From contig DATCFH010000206.1 of NCBI GenBank assembly GCA_036509625.1, forward strand, positions 1-36,805: a stretch of 36,805 nt of DNA, written 5' to 3'. Positions 32,049 through 36,805 of the stretch are shown piece by piece. The notes under the pieces were generated by a model, which was not told the origin of the DNA, did no database searches, and worked only from the letters and a program-made list of their open reading frames with translations. How positions within the stretch are numbered: the first letter of the stretch is position 1; each line of letters begins with the position of its first letter. The DNA comes from Verrucomicrobiia bacterium. GTDB taxonomy: Bacteria; Verrucomicrobiota; Verrucomicrobiia; Limisphaerales; UBA11358. Position numbers and translations under genes: made by a program.

Positions 32049-33251
32049 TTACATCGTCAGCGCCGCGTCCCAATCTTTCCACACCGGCTCGTAGCCAAGC
32101 TTGCGAATCAGTTCCGCGACTTCCTGCGGCGAACGTTCGTCCGCAATGTTGAATTGTCCCGTCGCATTCGTCGCGCGGTTTTCCTGCGGCGCCCATTCGC
32201 TCGCACCCGCTGCCAGTTCCACAATTTTCCCGCGCTCGGTATGATGGATTTTTTCCTTGCCCGCGCCGGTGTAACCGCCCGGCTCGGTGTGGCTGCCCGC
32301 GCTCATCATCGTTATCCCCAATGGAATCAAACCATCGCGCAGCTTCGGTGTTTCGCGCGTCGAAAGCACGATGCCGACATCGGGAAACATTATGCGGAAC
32401 GCGCAGATGAGTTGTGCCAGCTCGCGGTCGCTCAAATGCGTGAGCGGCTCGAACTCGCCCGCGCACGGACGCAAGCGCGGCAGCGAAATCGTAATCTGCG
32501 CTTTCCAACAATGACGCAACAAATAATCTGTGTGCGCCGCGAGACTCAATGCTTCCAACCGCCAGTCAGCCAGACCGTAAAGCGGCGCAATGCCAAGCCG
32601 ACGAAAACCGGCGGCGTAGGCGCGCTCCGGCGTTTCGAGCCGCCAATCAAAATTCCGTTTTGGTCCGGCAGTGTGCATCTGCGCGTAAATGTCGCGGTCG
32701 TAAGTTTCCTGATAAACCACAAGTCCATCCGCGCCCGCCGCGACGAGCGGCGCGTAATCGGCAGTTTCCATCGGCCCGACTTCGAGCGAGATGCCCGGCC
32801 AGTCCGCGTGCAGCACGGCGATGCAATCGCGCAGATAATTATTCGAGACAAATTTCGGATGTTCGCCCGCGACGAGCAAAATGTTGCGGAAGCCCTGCGC
32901 CTTTAATTCCTGCGCCTCGCGCAAAACTTCTTCGATGGAAAGCGTGACGCGCAAAATCGGATTGTCGCGCGAGAAACCGCAGTAAGAACAATTATTCACG
33001 CACTCATTGGAAAGATACAGCGGCGCAAAAAGGCGGATGGTTTTGCCGAAGCGCTGCTGCGTCAGCAACTGCGCTTTACGTCCGAGCACTTCGAGATTTT
33101 CCGCCGCGGCGGGGGAAATGAGCGCGGCGAAATCGGCGAGGGAAAATTTATCTTTCGCGGCGGCCTCGCGCGCAGCGGCCGCGCTGGTGGCGAGAGACTT
33201 TTTAACGAGCGCAGCCAGCGGCAGGGAATTAAATTCAGCGACAAAACTCAC
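32049..33251 (-). CDS. thiH: 2-iminoacetate synthase ThiH (radical SAM, thiamine thiazole branch)
   Basis: FAPLYLSNECVNNCSYCGFS carries the radical-SAM CxxxCxxC motif. GFRNILLVAGE, VYQETYD and ISLPRLRP match the ThiH pattern. Length is 400 aa. Confidence 0.85.
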   Translation of the reverse strand: MSFVAEFNSLPLAALVKKSLATSAAAAREAAAKDKFSLADFAALISPAAAENLEVLGRKAQLLTQQRFGKTIRLFAPLYLSNECVNNCSYCGFSRDNPILRVTLSIEEVLREAQELKAQGFRNILLVAGEHPKFVSNNYLRDCIAVLHADWPGISLEVGPMETADYAPLVAAGADGLVVYQETYDRDIYAQMHTAGPKRNFDWRLETPERAYAAGFRRLGIAPLYGLADWRLEALSLAAHTDYLLRHCWKAQITISLPRLRPCAGEFEPLTHLSDRELAQLICAFRIMFPDVGIVLSTRETPKLRDGLIPLGITMMSAGSHTEPGGYTGAGKEKIHHTERGKIVELAAGASEWAPQENRATNATGQFNIADERSPQEVAELIRKLGYEPVWKDWDAALTM

Positions 33252-33269
33252 GGAAACAGTCTAGTCGTA

Positions 33270-33302
33270 TCCCGCGCAAAGTCGAGTTGGGCTTTCGCGG
33301 GA
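33270..33302 (-). terminator. Hairpin between the GT2 gene and thiH; possible terminator or attenuator, with no U-tract
   Basis: TCCCGCG(C)AAAG at 33270-33281 pairs with CTTTCGCGGGA at 33292-33302. That gives a 10-bp stem with one bulge and a 10-nt loop, 28 nt after the upstream stop on the minus strand. Confidence 0.25.
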
Positions 33303-33329
33303 AAGGCGGCGGATGCGCCGCGCCGCACT

Positions 33330-34262
33330 TCAGCGTTTGGTGATAAGTTGTTCGAGTTCGAGCAGGCGGAGATTGATACTGTTCAAAATCAAACCGAGGC
33401 CAAGTGAAAAGAATGAAAGCAGTATCAGTGCGGCGGCCAGAATCGCACTCGGCACGCGATGGACAAAATGGTTCGGGTCGGTGACAAAATCATACACCGG
33501 CAACGAGCCAACGGCCATTCCCAGCGCGCATAAAATCAATGCGAGGCTGCCAAAAAAAGTCAACGGCTTGTAGGATTTTACGATGAGGAAAAGGCGCAGC
33601 AGCACGCGGAAACCGTCGCTGAACGTGTTTAATTTCGAGAAGCTGCCTGCGGGTCGCGCGCGATAGGGCGCGGGCATTTCCTGAATGACCTGGCCGCGAT
33701 ACAACGCCTGCAAAGTGAGTTCGGTTTCTACATCGAAGCCTTTCGTCGTGACGGGAATTTGCCGCGCGGATTCGCGCGTGAACGCGCGGTAGCCGGAAAA
33801 AATATCGGAGACGTGCGATTTAAACATCCAATTAATAATGCCGCAAACCATCTGGTTGCCGGCGACGTGGAGCGGGCGAAAAGATTTTTCGCTGTGGCTG
33901 GTGAGCCGCGTGGCGATGGTCATGTCGGCGTCGCCGCGCAAAACGGGTTTTAATAATTCGTGGACGTGGCTGGCTTCGTAAGTGTCATCGCCGTCCACCA
34001 TCACGAGAATGTCCTCGGTGATTTGCTCGAACATCGCGGCGACGACGTAGCCTTTGCCCTGACGTTTTTCGCGGCGGACAATCGCGCCAGCTTTGGCGGC
34101 AAGTTCCGCCGTGCCGTCGGTGCAATTATTGTCATAAACGTAAATGCGCGCGTCCGGCAGTTCGCGGCGAAAATCGGCAACGACTTTGGCGATGGTCACC
34201 GCTTCCTGATAGCAAGCAATCACCACGGCAACGCTGGGAGTGGACGCGGCAGTTTCTGACAT
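33330..34262 (-). CDS. GT2-family polyprenyl-phosphate glycosyltransferase (GtrB/ArnC/DPM1-like) with two C-terminal TM helices
   Basis: VAVVIACYQE, VYDNNCTDGT, VDGDDTY (the DxD motif), SGYRAF, and C-terminal hydrophobic helices (LTFFGSLALILCALGMAV and AILAAALILLSFFSLGLGLIL). Confidence 0.85.
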   Translation of the reverse strand: MSETAASTPSVAVVIACYQEAVTIAKVVADFRRELPDARIYVYDNNCTDGTAELAAKAGAIVRREKRQGKGYVVAAMFEQITEDILVMVDGDDTYEASHVHELLKPVLRGDADMTIATRLTSHSEKSFRPLHVAGNQMVCGIINWMFKSHVSDIFSGYRAFTRESARQIPVTTKGFDVETELTLQALYRGQVIQEMPAPYRARPAGSFSKLNTFSDGFRVLLRLFLIVKSYKPLTFFGSLALILCALGMAVGSLPVYDFVTDPNHFVHRVPSAILAAALILLSFFSLGLGLILNSINLRLLELEQLITKR

Positions 34263-34341
34263 ATTACAGTTTTGGAAACGGATTCAACTTTTCTTAACGG
34301 TCAAGACTCTTATTGAAACGCGGGTTGCGTCAAGAAATAGA

Positions 34342-36255
34342 TTATGAACCACCGGCTTTGGCGGTGGCGTGGTCGAGATGGAGAAGACTCCAGGTTTCTG
34401 ATCCGCGTCCAATGATGGTGACAATGGCCGCGCTCAAAACAATGCGGGCATGATGCTGTTCGCACCATTCATTCAGCGGCAGTGCGGAGGCTTCGTTCCA
34501 TACGGCTTGACGGACAACGATCCATTCGATGTCGTCAGGAATAATCAGGCCGGGCTGGGTGCGATTCGTGCGCAGACACACGACGATGCGCGCGCCGAAC
34601 GGACGCCACAGAGAATATTCCGTGTCATTGGAACCGGCGACGAAACCAATTTTGCGGACGCTGGCCGGCACGGCCTCACGCAAGGATTTGAGCGGATCGT
34701 TGCGGACGGAATAACCGGCATAGACAGAGTTCAACCGCTGCGCGAGACGGCTTTCAGGATGGTGTTCAAGTAAGAATTGCGAAACGGTCAACGCGGGCCA
34801 CAAAGGTCGCGCGGGTGAAAAAATCAGGGCGGGAAATACGCTCAAGGCGACCAGCACAAGCCAGGTTTTCCAAGCGCGAGAATTTAATAAAAAATTTTGC
34901 AGCGGCAGTTTCAAAATGAGAATGAGCAGCAGTGGATAGTAAGGCAATAAAAGCCGCGCGGTGGCTTCGGATCCCATTTTGAGCATATAAACGGAAAAAG
35001 AAATCCATGCGGCCAGCCCGACCGCCAGACCAAGATTGGCGCTCTGGTTTTTCCAGAGAGCCGACCCGCGCTGCGGACGGAGGAGCACGGTGACGATTAG
35101 AAAAACCAAAGTGACGCTGATGCCGAAACCAAGTCCAGCATTTTCCTCGCTGGGCAGTTCGCTGAAGCCGCCCAGATAATAACGGGGAAATTGCTGCCGC
35201 AAAAATTCCTGCCACGAAACCGGCAACGCTTCGTTGAACCGGCGATACACTTCATGCGCCTGCGGCAAAACCGGCGGCAGAAATGATTGTTGCACCAGTT
35301 GAAGACTGTTGCCAAACAAAGCGCCTGGCGCGCTTTTGACCTGCACTTGAGAGAGGTTTTGCGGATCGCCACTCCAGCTTCCCGCATACAAATAATTCAA
35401 GCCCATGATGGGCAGCGCGGAGACCATGACTGTGACGGCTGCCACCGCGAAGTTTCTCACGAGTGAACCCTTCAGCAGCGGCAGCGACGGCCAGACGGCG
35501 ACCAGACACGGCAACGCCAGCGGCAGGTTGGAAAGTTTGACGGCGGTCATCAGCGCCGCCGCCAGCCCGGCCAGCCATACGTCCTGCACGCGTCCGCTTT
35601 TTCGCGCGCGCAAGCCGAAATGCACGGAGGCGAGACAAAAAATTGTGCCGGTGATGTCGTTGCCCAATCCGCCCGCCTGCGTGACGTAGCCGTAGGCAAG
35701 CGGCAAAAGCCACATCCACAGCCAGGCGGTTTTCCGCGCAACACCAACTTGCCGGAACACGGAAAATAAAAGTCCCGGCAGCAATAAAAAGCCGATGGCG
35801 TTGATTGGAAATAATCCGCGGTCGGAATGGAATATGGCCAGTTGCGGCGCGGCCAGCCATTCCCACGCGGGGCCGGAATAATTCATGCGGTCGTTGATGG
35901 TGGGAATCCAAAACCAGTGGCCGACGGCGAGCCAATTCAAAACGCGCGGCAACCGGTAAGTGAGGGCGTCGTAATTGTTCGGCGCGTATAAAATTCCGCC
36001 CAGAAAAACGAGCGCGGCCACGACTAGAAAAATTAATGGAAAAATGCGCGTGAATCGGCGGCGGCATTTGTGAAGCCAATGTTTCCAATCCAAAGGCGCA
36101 TTCAAACGGCGACGGAAAATTCCGACGCCCAACGCAAAAATGATGGTGATTACGCCGTAGCCGAACGCGTTTAGTTCATTGATGGCGGACAGCAGCCAGC
36201 CCGCGACATTTAGATAGGCGCACAACCAAACCCAGAAAGTCAGCAGGGCGGGCAT
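34342..36255 (-). CDS. Polytopic membrane protein, probably a GT-C-fold glycosyltransferase (ArnT/PMT-like)
   Basis: 637 aa with more than 10 hydrophobic helices. A first-loop acidic/aromatic motif (APNNYDALTYRLPRVLNW) sits where GT-C enzymes carry their catalytic Asp. GT2 genes flank it on both sides. The family assignment is not certain. Confidence 0.5.
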   Translation of the reverse strand: MPALLTFWVWLCAYLNVAGWLLSAINELNAFGYGVITIIFALGVGIFRRRLNAPLDWKHWLHKCRRRFTRIFPLIFLVVAALVFLGGILYAPNNYDALTYRLPRVLNWLAVGHWFWIPTINDRMNYSGPAWEWLAAPQLAIFHSDRGLFPINAIGFLLLPGLLFSVFRQVGVARKTAWLWMWLLPLAYGYVTQAGGLGNDITGTIFCLASVHFGLRARKSGRVQDVWLAGLAAALMTAVKLSNLPLALPCLVAVWPSLPLLKGSLVRNFAVAAVTVMVSALPIMGLNYLYAGSWSGDPQNLSQVQVKSAPGALFGNSLQLVQQSFLPPVLPQAHEVYRRFNEALPVSWQEFLRQQFPRYYLGGFSELPSEENAGLGFGISVTLVFLIVTVLLRPQRGSALWKNQSANLGLAVGLAAWISFSVYMLKMGSEATARLLLPYYPLLLILILKLPLQNFLLNSRAWKTWLVLVALSVFPALIFSPARPLWPALTVSQFLLEHHPESRLAQRLNSVYAGYSVRNDPLKSLREAVPASVRKIGFVAGSNDTEYSLWRPFGARIVVCLRTNRTQPGLIIPDDIEWIVVRQAVWNEASALPLNEWCEQHHARIVLSAAIVTIIGRGSETWSLLHLDHATAKAGGS

Positions 36256-36257
36256 GG

Positions 36258-36805
36258 CTAGTTGAAGAAATTATATTTGCAGATGCACCACAGCGCGCGG
36301 AAACCGTCGCGCCAGCCGATTTTTTTCCCCTCGGCGTAGGTGCGTCCGTAATACGAAATGGCCACCTCGTAAATGCGCACCTTGAGTTTCGCCACCTTGG
36401 CGGTGATTTCCGGCTCGAAGCCAAACCGGTTTTCTTCGATTTTGATTTTCTGGAGGATTTCGCGCCGGAACATTTTGTAGCACGTTTCCATGTCGGTCAG
36501 GTTCAAGTCCGTCGCCATGTTGGAAAATGTGGTGAGCAGATTGTTGCCGACCGAATGCCAGAAATACAAAACACGGTGCGCGCCGCCGCCGCCAAAAAAA
36601 CGCGAGCCGAACACCACGTCCGCCTTGCCGGACAAAATCGGCGCGAGCAAGCGGTGGTATTCCTCCGGGTCATATTCCAAATCCGCATCTTGAATGATGA
36701 CGATGTCTGCCGTCGCGTGCGCGATGCCGGTGCGCAACGCCGCGCCTTTGCCTTGGTTGATTTCGTGGCGGACAAGTTGGATGCGGGGTTCGTTTTGCGC
36801 GAGCG
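36258..36805 (-). CDS. GT2-family glycosyltransferase (DPM1-like), 5' end beyond the window
   Basis: The frame is open to the window end. It translates as [49 protein letters not shown]...VFGSRF...[12 protein letters not shown]. The M at 36737 in the ORF track is an internal TTG codon. Confidence 0.85.
   Translation of the reverse strand, partial: LAQNEPRIQLVRHEINQGKGAALRTGIAHATADIVIIQDADLEYDPEEYHRLLAPILSGKADVVFGSRFFGGGGAHRVLYFWHSVGNNLLTTFSNMATDLNLTDMETCYKMFRREILQKIKIEENRFGFEPEITAKVAKLKVRIYEVAISYYGRTYAEGKKIGWRDGFRALWCICKYNFFN

Noticed and set aside
31999-32906. ORFs 31999..32511 (minus) and 32025..32906 (plus) overlapping thiH
   Set aside because: They are out-of-frame or antisense to the clear ThiH reading frame and are Arg-rich.
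33252-33329. Possible TPP riboswitch upstream of thiH
   Set aside because: Only 78 nt are available. I could not find the conserved CUGAGA box or the pyrimidine-sensing helix. Only a simple hairpin is present.
35252-36088. 278-aa minus-strand ORF in another frame of the GT-C membrane-protein gene
   Set aside because: It is an alternative-frame shadow. The 637-aa frame gives coherent TM helices and this one gives Arg/Ala-rich sequence.
1-36805. CRISPR arrays, rRNA genes or IS elements anywhere in the window
   Set aside because: I saw no regularly spaced direct repeats with unique spacers, no rRNA-like conserved stretches, and no transposase ORFs.

Overview
This 36.8-kb window is G+C-rich bacterial chromosome with compact operons. 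Many gene junctions are 4-nt ATGA overlaps or 0-11 nt spacers. The repeat flavour and gene content suggest the PVC superphylum, possibly Verrucomicrobiota, at low confidence. I see no rRNA, CRISPR array, transposase or integrase.

Ordinary features:
- kamA, cut by the window start
- rnr, overlapping a CvfB/YitL S1 protein gene
- ubiE/menG
- a stand-alone receiver protein
- tRNA-Gly(GCC)
- thiH
- a GT2 / GT-C / GT2 glycosylation block, cut by the window end

Three blocks are worth a second look.

1. **Envelope-spanning operon, 23501-31995, minus strand.** Five tightly packed genes encode a TolC-family protein, a small periplasmic adaptor, a GAF-TM-HlyD protein, a PqqD-like/M50 site-2 protease/HlyD fusion, and a C-terminally truncated SecA paralog. 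No ABC, RND or MFS pump is present. I read this as a candidate undescribed peptide maturation and export machine driven by a SecA-like motor.

2. **Putative redox chain, 6840-12270, plus strand.** Four genes line up as a complete chain: a membrane-anchored FAD/NAD(P)H/2Fe-2S reductase, a cyclic-nucleotide-binding protein with four [4Fe-4S] motifs, a membrane protein with two H-x13-H helices, and a membrane-anchored decaheme cytochrome c. A four-heme cytochrome is encoded divergently.

3. **Signalling block, 12280-17262.** Two FecR paralogs, a beta-barrel protein and a CHASE2 class III nucleotide cyclase sit directly next to block 2. The cyclase is a plausible source of the ligand for the cNMP-binding Fe-S subunit.

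Smaller oddities:
- an AT-rich orphan gene, MITE-like repeats and a ParE toxin-antitoxin pair between kamA and rnr
- an 1138-aa protein that may be a PPi-dependent PEPCK
- heptanucleotide repeats inside ubiE
- a doubly truncated RND-adaptor remnant beside a DUF45 gene and the tRNA
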